Assembly (NCBI GenBank): GCA_022616195.1
Contig: JAKEFG010000015.1
Coordinates: 9,354 to 73,353, forward strand
Length of the DNA: 64,000 bases
Direction of reading: 5' to 3'
Origin: Candidatus Wolfebacteria bacterium
GTDB taxonomy: Bacteria > Patescibacteriota > Minisyncoccia > Phycocordibacterales > EsbW-18
Shown in pieces: positions 1-10,224 of this stretch; positions within the stretch are counted from its first letter, which is position 1, and the number at the start of each line of letters is the position of its first letter. The notes beneath the pieces were generated by a model. The model did not search any database, was not told the DNA's origin, and saw nothing but the letters and a program-made list of their open reading frames with translations. The position numbers and the translations under genes are program-made.

Positions 1-8
1 GCTGGAGC

Positions 9-776
9 ATGGCGATGCTTATCATCATCTTTCCACTTTTTATTGTGCTCACTCGCATGGTGAACCAGAGTGTCCGACGGGAGCCTGCCAAAAAGGAGTT
101 GTGGATCAGACGCTGGCTTATCTACCTCACGCTTTTTATCGCAGGAGCGACGGTCGCTGTAGATCTTGTTGCTTTGGTAAACACCTTCCTTGGCGGGGAG
201 ATTACAGGGCGGTTTGCTGCCAAGGTGTTTGTGGTGTTTGTTGTTGCCCTCTCTGTGTTCGGCTACTATCTACTCTCCATTCGTGGTTATTGGGATACCC
301 GCGAGGCTACGTCAAAGCTCTTCGGGTGGGTTGTGGGGGTTGTTGCACTGGGTTCAATTATTGGAGGCTTCTTTATCATCGGTTCTCCCGCAACACAGCG
401 TGCGCTCCGTCTTGACCAGGAGCGCGTCTACAATCTCCAGAATATTCAGTGGCAGATTGTTGACTACTGGCAGAGCAAAGAAACGCTTCCGGCGGAACTC
501 GCATTGCTTGAGGATTCCATACGGGGATTCCGCGTGCCAGCTGACCCCGAGACAGGGGGACCGTATCGCTATGCGGTGACTGGCATGTATTCATTTGAGT
601 TGTGTGCGACATTTGTGCGCGCGAGTGCCGAAACACCCAAAGGAGTGCCGAGCACCCTACCGTACCGCGACGGAGGGCTGGACGAGAATTGGGAGCATGA
701 TGCGGGCGAGACATGCTTTACACGGACGATTGACCCGGAACTCTATCCACCTTATACCGAATCAGTAATCCGATAA
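9..776 (+). CDS. DUF5671-like membrane protein, probably 5'-truncated by the window edge
   Basis: Several transmembrane helices (RRWLIYLTLFIAG...) followed by a pilin-like soluble domain (DPETGGPYRY...FELCATF). Confidence 0.7.
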   Translation: MAMLIIIFPLFIVLTRMVNQSVRREPAKKELWIRRWLIYLTLFIAGATVAVDLVALVNTFLGGEITGRFAAKVFVVFVVALSVFGYYLLSIRGYWDTREATSKLFGWVVGVVALGSIIGGFFIIGSPATQRALRLDQERVYNLQNIQWQIVDYWQSKETLPAELALLEDSIRGFRVPADPETGGPYRYAVTGMYSFELCATFVRASAETPKGVPSTLPYRDGGLDENWEHDAGETCFTRTIDPELYPPYTESVIR

Positions 777-857
777 CTAACGTACGATAAAAACATCGTC
801 CGCACTCATGCTACGTGAGGGCGGTTTGTTTCTGTGGTATAGTGTCATTCTACGGGG

Positions 858-3443
858 ATGGAACGCTATAACCACAAAGAAATAGAGAAGAGGTGGCAGA
901 AAAAGTGGAAAGAGCAAAAACTCTACGAAACGCCAGATACGGTGGAAGGGAAGGACAATTTTTACACGCTTGTGGAATTTCCGTATCCATCGGGTAATTT
1001 ACATGTTGGACATTGGTTTGCGTATATTGGTCCAGACATATTTGCACGCTTTATGCGTATGCAAGGAAAGAATGTACTTTTCCCGATCGGCTTTGATGCG
1101 TTTGGACTACCTGCTGAAAATGCTGCTATTAAGCGCGGTATTAATCCACGGGAGTGGACCTATTCGAACATCGCATACATGCGACAGCAGTTTGAAATGA
1201 TGGGAACCTCACTTGATTGGTCTCGAGAGATCATCTCGTGTGATCCCAGATATTATCGTTGGACACAGTGGCTCTTTCTGCAATTTTTCAAAAAAGGATT
1301 AGCATATCAAAAAGAAACGGAAGTGAACTGGTGTCCGTCGTGCAAGACGGTCTTGGCAAATGAGCAAGTGGTGACGGGTGTGTGTGAACGGTGTGGAACA
1401 GAAGTCGAAAAACGGCAGATGCTCCAATGGAATTTAAAAATCACCGACTATGCAGAGCGGCTCATTGATGATCTGGAAAAGCTCGATTGGCCAGAAGAAA
1501 TCAAACAAGCACAGCGGCATTGGATTGGTAGAAGTGAAGGTGCCCTCCTTACCTTTACTATCCAAGAACACAATGCGTCTGTAGAAATATTTACGACGCG
1601 TCCAGATACCTTGTTTGGTGCAACGTATCTGGTATTGGCTCCTGAACATACGCTCATTGAGTCCTTGAAAGATAAGATTACTAATTGGGATGAGGTGGAA
1701 GCGTATAGACAAACTGCACGGAAAAAAACAGATATTGAACGGACTGCTCTCGGAAAAGAAAAGACCGGAGTTGAGCTCCAGGGAATTACGGCACTCAATC
1801 CAGGCACGCAAGAGGAAATTTCCGTCTGGGTTGCTGATTATGTACTTTCTCACTATGGCACGGGCGCTATTATGGCGGTACCAGCACACGATGAGCGGGA
1901 TTTTGCGTTTGCACAGAAGTTTAACTTGGAAAAAGTTTGCGTTATCGAGCCGCGCTCTCTGGATGATTTTACCTTGCGCAAAATGCAGGGGGTGAGTGGG
2001 GAAGAAAAAATTACAGGTAGGGCTGTTGCATATTGGCCTGATGCCGGAGAGACACCGGAGCACGGTTTTAAGAGGGAGGTTGCCGCAATTCTTGCTGGAA
2101 AGTCCGTTTATGTCGGGGAAGGGACACTGGTGCACTCTGGAAAGTTTGATGGGATAACAACACAAGAGGCACGTGAGGCAATCACCAAAGCGGTTGGAGG
2201 CGAAATGAAAACAACCTACAAACTTCGCGACTGGACGGTGTCGCGACAGCGCTACTGGGGATGCCCGATTCCGGTCATTCACTGTGCAAAATGCGGTGTG
2301 GTACCCGTGCCGGAGCATGACCTACCGGTTGTGCTTCCCGAAATTGATGACTTCATACCGACAGGGAATGGTAAGTCGCCCTTAGCGAAAGTGGTGGATT
2401 GGGTGAATGTGAAATGCCCAGAATGTGGTGGAGATGCCGAGCGCGAGACCGACACCCTGGATACGTTTGTTGACTCGTCATGGTACTTTCTCCGCTACAC
2501 CGACCCGCACAACGACAAGGAGTTTGCATCGCGCGGGAAACAGGAGGCGTGGATGCCCGTTGGTTTCTATTCGGGTGGCGCGGAACACACGACCATGCAC
2601 CTTCTCTATTCCCGTTTCTTTCACAAGGTATTATTTGACCTCGGTTTGGTTGCCGACACGGAACCGTATGTTCGTAGAATGAATCGCGGACTCATCCTCG
2701 GTCCCGACGGCAACAAAATGAGCAAGTCAAAAGGAAACGTTATTGATCCCGATGATATGGTGGAGCGGCTCGGCGCGGATACCGTGCGGATGTATCTCGC
2801 GTTCATCGGTCCCTACAATGAAGTCGGCGCGTATCCGTGGAATCCGGACGGTGTTGTCGGTGTTCGACGGTTTCTTGAACGGGTGCATGTACTGGTTACA
2901 AAGATTGCAGAGGATAGGAAGAGACTGAAAGACGTCTCTGGCGGATCTGTTTTGATTCACAGAACTGTGAGGTTTGTAACTGAGGTTATCGGACGGCTCA
3001 AATTTAATACTGCCGTTGCACAACTCATGATTCAGTTTAATGGCGAGAATAGTGAACCTGATTGGCGAGGTAAACTTAATAACAAGGGAGAGTGGGAGAG
3101 TATGGAAGTAGACCTCATGGCCCTTAAGATGTTTTTAAAACTTCTTGCACCGTTCGCGCCGCACCTTGCGGAAGAATTGTGGTACCAACTGGGGAATACC
3201 ACCTCTGTCCATCTGGAGCCGTGGCCTGAGTACGACCCGACGCTCGTCGAGGAAGAACAGGTGACCATTGTGGTACAGGTGAACGGCAAGACGAGGGGAG
3301 AGTTCGAGGCAGCCCAAGATATTGATGAGACGGACGCGCGGGAGCGAGCACTTACTCTCCCGACGGTGGAAAAGTGGCTTGGGGGGAAGGAACCCAACAA
3401 AGTTGTCTATGTCCCCGGGCGGTTGGTAAATATCGTTGTCTAG
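858..3443 (+). CDS. leuS: Leucine--tRNA ligase
   Basis: PYPSGNLHVGH (HIGH-like), KMSKS, CP1 editing motif FTTRPDT, C-terminal VVQVNGK. Confidence 0.98.
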   Translation: MERYNHKEIEKRWQKKWKEQKLYETPDTVEGKDNFYTLVEFPYPSGNLHVGHWFAYIGPDIFARFMRMQGKNVLFPIGFDAFGLPAENAAIKRGINPREWTYSNIAYMRQQFEMMGTSLDWSREIISCDPRYYRWTQWLFLQFFKKGLAYQKETEVNWCPSCKTVLANEQVVTGVCERCGTEVEKRQMLQWNLKITDYAERLIDDLEKLDWPEEIKQAQRHWIGRSEGALLTFTIQEHNASVEIFTTRPDTLFGATYLVLAPEHTLIESLKDKITNWDEVEAYRQTARKKTDIERTALGKEKTGVELQGITALNPGTQEEISVWVADYVLSHYGTGAIMAVPAHDERDFAFAQKFNLEKVCVIEPRSLDDFTLRKMQGVSGEEKITGRAVAYWPDAGETPEHGFKREVAAILAGKSVYVGEGTLVHSGKFDGITTQEAREAITKAVGGEMKTTYKLRDWTVSRQRYWGCPIPVIHCAKCGVVPVPEHDLPVVLPEIDDFIPTGNGKSPLAKVVDWVNVKCPECGGDAERETDTLDTFVDSSWYFLRYTDPHNDKEFASRGKQEAWMPVGFYSGGAEHTTMHLLYSRFFHKVLFDLGLVADTEPYVRRMNRGLILGPDGNKMSKSKGNVIDPDDMVERLGADTVRMYLAFIGPYNEVGAYPWNPDGVVGVRRFLERVHVLVTKIAEDRKRLKDVSGGSVLIHRTVRFVTEVIGRLKFNTAVAQLMIQFNGENSEPDWRGKLNNKGEWESMEVDLMALKMFLKLLAPFAPHLAEELWYQLGNTTSVHLEPWPEYDPTLVEEEQVTIVVQVNGKTRGEFEAAQDIDETDARERALTLPTVEKWLGGKEPNKVVYVPGRLVNIVV

Positions 3444-3589
3444 AGGCGTTTCTGAGCTTGCCTTCTGCCATTTCTCAAGAAATGGTAGGGGGTTGACGGA
3501 GATAATGGTCGGTGCTAGAATGAGTGGCTGTGAGACAAGTACTACCTCTAAAACTTGCACTTATTGCTCATTTGTGATATAGTGGTGCC

Positions 3590-4642
3590 ATGGCTACGAA
3601 AGCAAAATCGGAGAAAACGGTGAAATTGAACTTTGTCCCGAAACAGGTTGTCAAGCGCCTGCTTGCCGTGCTTCCTGATCGTGCTGTTGATGTCCTGACC
3701 CGTCGGTATGGACTCGGAAAGGACACCGGTCGTATGACGCTTGAAGCCATCGGTCAGATTTACGATATTACCCGAGAGCGCGTCAGACAGATCGAGAATT
3801 ACGCGCTCGGGGCCATCCGCAAGTCCGAAAGCTATGAGAAGGAAAGTAAGGCCATTGATGAGCTCGAGCGGCTCATCAACGCGATGGGGGTGGTTGTCCC
3901 GGAAGAATTTTTTCTCGATGAGGTTGCAAAGGACAAGAGCACCCAGAACTACATACACTTTCTGTTGGTGCTCGGTCACCCGTTCACTCGTTTCAAGGAA
4001 GACGAACATTTTACGCATCGCTGGCATATTGATGCAGATGTCGCCCGTGGTGTTGAGGAGGCGCTGAAGAACTTGTACGCGTCACTGCCGGACGAAGAGC
4101 TTCTGTCGGAGCCGGAGCTCATGACGAGATTTCTGTCACATCTCAAAGAGCTCGCGGACCAGTACCGCGACGAAGAAATTCTGAAACGCTGGCTTTCGCT
4201 CTCGAAGAAAATTGCCAAAAGCCCTCTGGGCGATTGGGGACGTGTTGAGTCAACTGCGGTGAGCCCCCGCGGCATTCGCGACTATGCGTATCTGGTGATT
4301 CTTCGGCACGGCTCACCGCTCCACTTCACCGAAGTGGCGAAACAAATCAGCAAGCTATTTGACCGGCGGGCACACACTGCAACCGCGCACAACGAGCTCA
4401 TAAAGGACCAACGGTTCGTGCTTGTCGGACGCGGGCTCTATGCACTCTCGGAGTGGGGATACATGCAAGGTGTCGTCAAAGACGTTATTGTCGAGATTCT
4501 CAAACAGCACGGTCCGCTGACCAAAGAGGAAATCATTGACCGGGTGCTCAAGGAACGCTACGTGAAGGGAAATACTATCGCGGTCAATCTGCAGGATCCG
4601 ATGTTTAAGAGGACAAAGGACGGGAAGTACGCGCTCGCGTAG
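3590..4642 (+). CDS. Sigma70 region-4 HTH plus HARE-HTH domain protein
   Basis: TLEAIGQIYDITRERVRQIE region-4 motif; C-terminal HNELIKDQRFVLVGRGLYALSEWG. Confidence 0.8.
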   Translation: MATKAKSEKTVKLNFVPKQVVKRLLAVLPDRAVDVLTRRYGLGKDTGRMTLEAIGQIYDITRERVRQIENYALGAIRKSESYEKESKAIDELERLINAMGVVVPEEFFLDEVAKDKSTQNYIHFLLVLGHPFTRFKEDEHFTHRWHIDADVARGVEEALKNLYASLPDEELLSEPELMTRFLSHLKELADQYRDEEILKRWLSLSKKIAKSPLGDWGRVESTAVSPRGIRDYAYLVILRHGSPLHFTEVAKQISKLFDRRAHTATAHNELIKDQRFVLVGRGLYALSEWGYMQGVVKDVIVEILKQHGPLTKEEIIDRVLKERYVKGNTIAVNLQDPMFKRTKDGKYALA

Positions 4643-4784
4643 CAGCTCGGAACACTCTCCTTCAAAATTCCAGATGCCTGCATGCGCCGCTCTTGAGCGG
4701 CTGTTGGGCTCTGTTGTTAACAGAAACATACAGCTGGTATACATTCGCGGCAGAAACCAGTGGTGTGTTGGGAAGGAGGTTCAG

Positions 4785-5022
4785 ATGGAGAAAGAGGAAA
4801 TCCTACATCAAGCAAATGAGATCGTCGGCGAGCACGGTCTTGTCGCCGAGCTTCTTGAAGGGGTTCTATCTGTAGGTGTTGGTGGGGATGAGCGAACCTA
4901 CTTACCCGTGCTTTGTCTGCGGGGTTCGTTTCCAGGCGACGCTTCGAGAGATTTCTACCAAGCTCACGAACGAGTTACCTATCAACAGGGTGACATTCGA
5001 GCTTGCTCGTGCGTCCCAGTAA
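4785..5022 (+). pseudogene. Frameshifted stand-alone GMP synthase C-terminal-like mini-protein
   Basis: AAGGAGGT SD before ATG 4785; SVGVGGDERTY in one frame, then TLREISTKLTNELPINRVTFEL-ARASQ* in the +1 frame from about 4939. Confidence 0.6.
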
Positions 5023-5134
5023 CAGCGGAGTCACGTGTCTCGGGAAGTTATCGTACGGCGGCTTCCCCGTTTCTTTTCCTGCGAACCACTTACTACCCAC
5101 TACAAACTACGGACTGAAGTGGTATCATGACAGC

Positions 5135-6430
5135 ATGGACATTCTCCGTGAACTTTTTACCGGTCCGGGTCTTAACCTCACTCTGAGCGGTCTGCGCCTG
5201 CTTGCGCTTGCCGCGCCGGTGTGGCTGCCGCTTGTGCTCGGTATCGGTTTTTGGAAGGTGTGGGTAGGGTATCGGCGAGCGGCGTTTATTAGTAGCATGG
5301 AGTGGGTATTTCTCGAGATTCTATTACCCCAGGAAATCACCCGCTCGCCGCTCGCCATGGAACTGGTGCTCAATACGTTCCAACAGAGCTTTGGCGAGGC
5401 GCATGCATATGAAAAGTACTGGAAAGGTGGGGTGCGTCCGTGGACGTCGCTTGAGCTTGTATCTGTTGAAGGATCCGTGCATTTCATCATCCGGATACAT
5501 AAGGGAAGCCGTGCACTCATCGAGTCACAGATTTACGCAGAATATCCCGATGTCGAGATACACGAGGTTCCTGACTATATCCACGGCATTGATTTCGACA
5601 ATGAACTCGTGCAGTTATGGGGCGCTGAGTTTGCGCTTACCAAAGCCGACCCGTATCCTATCAAAACCTACGTCGACTACGGTCTCGATCGCGATCCGAA
5701 AGAAGAGCAAAAGATAGATCCGATTGCGCCGGTCATTGAATGGCTCGGCTCGCTCGGTGCCGGCGAGCAGGCATGGATTCAAATACTCGTTCGTCAGCAT
5801 AAGGACGAAACGCCTAAAATGGTCGGACCGTTCCGAAAACTTGTTGAGTTCAAGGCAGACAAGAAAAAGCTCTCCGAAAAAATCAAGTTCTTCCCGACGA
5901 CTGATGCATGGAAGGATGCAGTAAAGAAAGAAATCGAGAAAGTCGTGAAGGAGCGGAAAATCCAGAGTAAGGATGAGGAAAGCGGTCCCGTGAAACTCAC
6001 GCGCATGGAAGAAGAGGTCATCACGGCGCTCGAGCGGAGCATCACCAAGGCGGCATTCGATGTTGGTATTCGCGGTATGTATGTCGCTGAAAAGGACAAG
6101 TTCAATCCGGCGAACATCGGCGGGCTCATCGGCTCGTTCAAGCAGTACAGCACGAATCACCTCAATGGCTTCAAGCCGGGTAAGACCACCGGCGTGAAAG
6201 CGCCCTGGCAGGACCCGTTCGGCACGCGGGTGCCGAGGCGCAAGCGCATCATGCTTGATGCCTACAAGCGCCGGAGTTATTTTCATTCGCCGTACAAGCG
6301 CAAGCCTTTCATTCTGAACACGGAAGAGCTCGCGACGATGTATCACTTCCCGGGACGCGTTTCTACGACGCCGACATTCAAGCGTCTTGAGGCACGAAAG
6401 GCGGAGCCACCAGCACACTTGCCGATGTAA
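5135..6430 (+). CDS. Conserved membrane-anchored hypothetical protein
   Basis: N-terminal TM, then SLELVS..G.VHF, IESQIYAEYPDVEI.EV.DY, LNTEELATMYHFP; start placed at the ATG 6 nt after TGgTATCAT. Confidence 0.75.
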   Translation: MDILRELFTGPGLNLTLSGLRLLALAAPVWLPLVLGIGFWKVWVGYRRAAFISSMEWVFLEILLPQEITRSPLAMELVLNTFQQSFGEAHAYEKYWKGGVRPWTSLELVSVEGSVHFIIRIHKGSRALIESQIYAEYPDVEIHEVPDYIHGIDFDNELVQLWGAEFALTKADPYPIKTYVDYGLDRDPKEEQKIDPIAPVIEWLGSLGAGEQAWIQILVRQHKDETPKMVGPFRKLVEFKADKKKLSEKIKFFPTTDAWKDAVKKEIEKVVKERKIQSKDEESGPVKLTRMEEEVITALERSITKAAFDVGIRGMYVAEKDKFNPANIGGLIGSFKQYSTNHLNGFKPGKTTGVKAPWQDPFGTRVPRRKRIMLDAYKRRSYFHSPYKRKPFILNTEELATMYHFPGRVSTTPTFKRLEARKAEPPAHLPM

Positions 6431-6438
6431 TTCGACGT

Positions 6439-7407
6439 ATGACACGTCTTCTTGACTCGGTGAATACATTCCTGCCGCTTTCGTGTCTCACGGCGATTGC
6501 TGTTTTACTTGGGACAGCCTTGGTTCTTGTGGTGAGTCCGCCGCATGACTTTCCGAAAGGACAAGTAGTGGTGATCCCATATGGGGCAACACTCTCCGAG
6601 GTCGCTCGTGAGTTTGACTCACTTCAGTTGGTGAGATTTTCCACAGTGCTCAAATCGGTGATTCTGTTGCTCGGAGCATCTGAAACCATTCAGGCTGGTG
6701 ATTATATGTTTGCCGAACCGGTTGGTGTGATTACTTTGGGGCAGCGTATTGTGCGCGGAGACTTTGGATTGGATTACATCAAGGTACGTCTACCCGAGGG
6801 TGCTACACGGTATGTAATGGCAGATATTCTTACGGCAGCGCTACCGCACTTTGAGCGGGAACAATTTCTTGAGATAACAGAGGGATATGAAGGGTTTTTG
6901 TTTCCAGATACATACTTCTTTTCTCCTTCAGTAACTACCGAGGACGTTATGAACGCCCTGAGAGAGACTTTTGTTGAGAGGACAAGACCACTGAGAGATG
7001 AGGTGGCAGTGTCAGGGCATTCGTTTAGCGAGATTGTAACTATGGCATCGCTTGTAGAGCGTGAGGCACACGATCCGAGAGACCGGCGTCTTATCTCTGG
7101 AGTTTTGTGGAGACGTATTGCTATTGATATGCCGCTTCAGGTTGATGCGCCGTTCGTGGCACTCTTTGGTAAGGCATCTCATGAATTGACGCAAGACGAC
7201 CTTGCAACAACATCGCCGTACAACACGTATGTCCACAAGGGACTTCCACCAGAGCCTATTGGAAGCCCAGGACTTGATGCCATCCACGCCGCCCTTGACC
7301 CAACGGAATCGGACTACCTCTACTACCTTTCAGATACTAAAGGGGTGACCTATTACGCCGTCACATTTGAAGAGCACAAACGAAACAGAGAAATGTACCT
7401 CAACTAG
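6439..7407 (+). CDS. mltG: Endolytic transglycosylase MltG
   Basis: EGFLFPDTY, MASLVERE, MPLQVDA, SPYNTY..KGLPP.PI.SPG. Confidence 0.93.
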   Translation: MTRLLDSVNTFLPLSCLTAIAVLLGTALVLVVSPPHDFPKGQVVVIPYGATLSEVAREFDSLQLVRFSTVLKSVILLLGASETIQAGDYMFAEPVGVITLGQRIVRGDFGLDYIKVRLPEGATRYVMADILTAALPHFEREQFLEITEGYEGFLFPDTYFFSPSVTTEDVMNALRETFVERTRPLRDEVAVSGHSFSEIVTMASLVEREAHDPRDRRLISGVLWRRIAIDMPLQVDAPFVALFGKASHELTQDDLATTSPYNTYVHKGLPPEPIGSPGLDAIHAALDPTESDYLYYLSDTKGVTYYAVTFEEHKRNREMYLN

Positions 7408-7473
7408 GCCTTTATTGAGTAACCTTCGGTATGTTCGTACCCAGTGCTCTGCACATGATTTCCACAGAGCGGC

Positions 7474-7501
7474 TTGACTCTCAATTGCGAGGGAGTATAC
7501 T
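7474..7501 (+). promoter_or_regulatory. Putative sigma70 promoter of the 23S-5S unit
   Basis: TTGACT-N16-TATACT; 16-bp spacers are typical of rrn promoters. Confidence 0.6.
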
Positions 7502-8330
7502 TGGGGTATATATGAAAGCGACACAGAACTACATAGAGAGGCGGAGAACGTAGCTAGGCTATTTTGGTAGTGTGCCAAGTCTCCGCTCCGAGAGCGGATT
7601 TTTTAGTTCTTGTTCCCGAGGTGCAACCTGTTCGCAGGTTGCACCTCGGGAGACGGAACGGAAAACACGATGGGCTGACTGGACGTTGACAAGCAAATAC
7701 ACGATAGAGAATCAAAGTCTCCGCTGACACGCGATGCGTACAGGCGGAGCAAGCAGGTAATTAAGTAAGGTATCAATGCTTGACATTGATACGCGGTTTT
7801 TAGATTTCCTAATAGGAGATCTGATAAGGGCGCACGGTGGATGCCTTGGCTCTAAACGGCGATGAAGGACGCGGCATGGCGGCGATATGCTTCGGGGAGG
7901 TGCCTAGCAACCTACGATCCGGAGATTTCCGAATGGGGAAACCCTGCGAGGTCAACCCTCGTGATCCTCTGATTCATCAGAGGAGGCACACCCGGGGAAG
8001 TGAAACATCTCAGTACCCGGAGGAACAGAGACTAATAAGTATTTCCTGAGTAGCGGCGAGCGAAATGGAAGAAGCCCAAACTCTGTGAAGCGAAAGCTAT
8101 GCAGAGGGTAGTAGGGTAACAACGTCATCTTTGATGAGGAGAGTTATAAAATGTTCTTCGTTAGCTGAATTCGTTGGAAAGCGAAGCCCGAGAGGGTAAT
8201 AGCCCCGTAATGCGAAAACGGAATGTCTCTCTTGTTGTTATTCCTGAGTACCCCGAGACATGAATAGCTCGGGGGAATCTGCCGGTACTAACCGGTAAGG
8301 CTAAATACGTTTAGAGACCGATAGTGAACC

Positions 8331-8361
<31 letters not shown>

Positions 8362-9636
8362 GGAGAGGGGGGTGAAATAGACCTGAAACCGTGCGTCTAC
8401 AAGGAGTCGAAGTGTCTTTTGGCACAACGGCGTGCCTATTGAAGAATGAGCCAACGAGTGTACGTGTACTGCTCGGCTAAGTCCTTTGTCGGACGAAGCC
8501 ACAGGGAAACCGAGTGTTAACAGCGCGAACTATAACTTTTTGCCGTGCGTGTGTTTCCTAGGACGCATGGTAAAGAGTTATCTGTAGTACATGTACGACC
8601 CGAAGCCGGGTGATCTACCCATGACCAGGGTGAACCTTACCGAAAGGTGGGGGGAGGCCCGAACCGATACGCGGTACAAAACGTTCGGATGAGTTGTGGG
8701 TCGGAGTGAAAAGCTAATCGAACCCGGTAATAGCTGGTTCTCTCCGAAATAGCTTTAGGGCTAGCGTTATGTGTTTCCCTCGGGGGTAGAGCACTGGAAG
8801 GAGTAGACAGGGCGAAAGCTCGCTTCTCCTATCAAACTCCGAATACCGAGGGTTAGAGCATAGCAGTTAGACTATGGGCGCTAAGGTCCATTGGTCAAAA
8901 GGGAAACAGCCCAGACCTCAAGCTAAGGTCCCTAAATCGACACTAAGTGCACGTAAGGAGGTGCAATTTCTCTGACACTGAGGAGGTTGGCTTAGAAGCA
9001 GCCATCCTTTAAAGAAAGCGTAACAGCTCACTCACTTAGAGATTGTGCGCCGCAAATAATCGGGGCTAAGTGTCGTACCGACGCTGAGGATTGTATCCCG
9101 TTTCGACGGGGTGCAGTGGTAGGAGAGCATTTCTATTGCTATGAAGCCCCTGTGTAAACCGGGGTGGAGCGATGGGAAGAGAGAATGTTGGCACAAGTAA
9201 CCGCAAGGCAGGTGCGATCCCTGCCCGCCGAAATCCCAAGGTTTCCTTGGCAATGTCAATCAGCCAAGGGTTAGTCGGTCCTAAGGAGATGGCGAAAGCC
9301 GTATCCGATGGACACACGGTTAATATTCCGTGACTTCCTGTTCATTCGATGGAGTAACGGAGGGTTGTACACGTTGCACATTATTGGATTTGTGTGCATG
9401 CTTTGAGGGAGTCAGTTAGGCAAATCCGGCTGACGCCACCCCGAGAAGTGTGCGGAATTCCGCTACGGCGGGAGAACAACGTGGAGCACGCTCCCGAGAA
9501 AAACTTCTAAGGTTCATGTCCAGGAAACCGTACCGCAAACCGACACAGGTGGGAAGGTCGAGAAGACCAAGGCGAACGGGTGAGAGATCCTCAAGGAACT
9601 CGGCAAAAAAGCGGCCGTAAGTTCGCAATAAGGCCT

Positions 9637-10028
9637 CCCAGCACTAGATTAAGTTCTTAAATGTAAACAGTAAGGAGAAAAAGCATGACAAATGAGCAGT
9701 ACCTAAAGGCAATCGGTGAAATGAAAAAAATAATACCGGCAGAAATTTTACCGGAGAGGATTGACACAAGCCGTAAATTCTCTGAAACTTCTGTAGAACA
9801 GAAGTTAAAACATTCTCTATATTTGTTAGAGAATGTCCCGACTTTTCTCGAGGTAGGAAAACGAGAAAAATCATCAAGACATTTAGCTTTTGCTCAGGCA
9901 ATCCTTTGGTCTTTGGACATGTTGGCAATCGACCAATTAATGGATTTCAACAGAAGATGATCATAATCGGGTGGTGATGATTATTTTTCACGCTCCCCGA
10001 ATTTTTAAGAATTTAATCTAGTGCTGGG
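9637..10028 (+). mobile_element. Intervening sequence at the 23S helix 63 position
   Basis: 25-nt inverted arms 9637-9661 and 10004-10028 (one G-U pair) enclosing an AT-rich ORF. Confidence 0.85.
9685..9960 (+). CDS. 91-aa hypothetical protein encoded inside the 23S insertion
   Basis: TAAGGAG SD 7 nt before ATG; ORF fills the loop of the insertion stem. Confidence 0.75.
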   Translation: MTNEQYLKAIGEMKKIIPAEILPERIDTSRKFSETSVEQKLKHSLYLLENVPTFLEVGKREKSSRHLAFAQAILWSLDMLAIDQLMDFNRR

Positions 10029-10185
10029 CGCAGCGAAAGTATCCCTGGCGACTGTTTACCAAAAACACAGCTCCCTGCGAACTCGTAAGAGGATGTATAG
10101 GGGGTGACGCCTGACCAATGCCAGAAGGTCAAACGCGGAGGGTACATGTGACTTCGGTTATATGTGCTGGACTGCGTAAGCCCTG

Positions 10186-10224
<39 letters not shown>

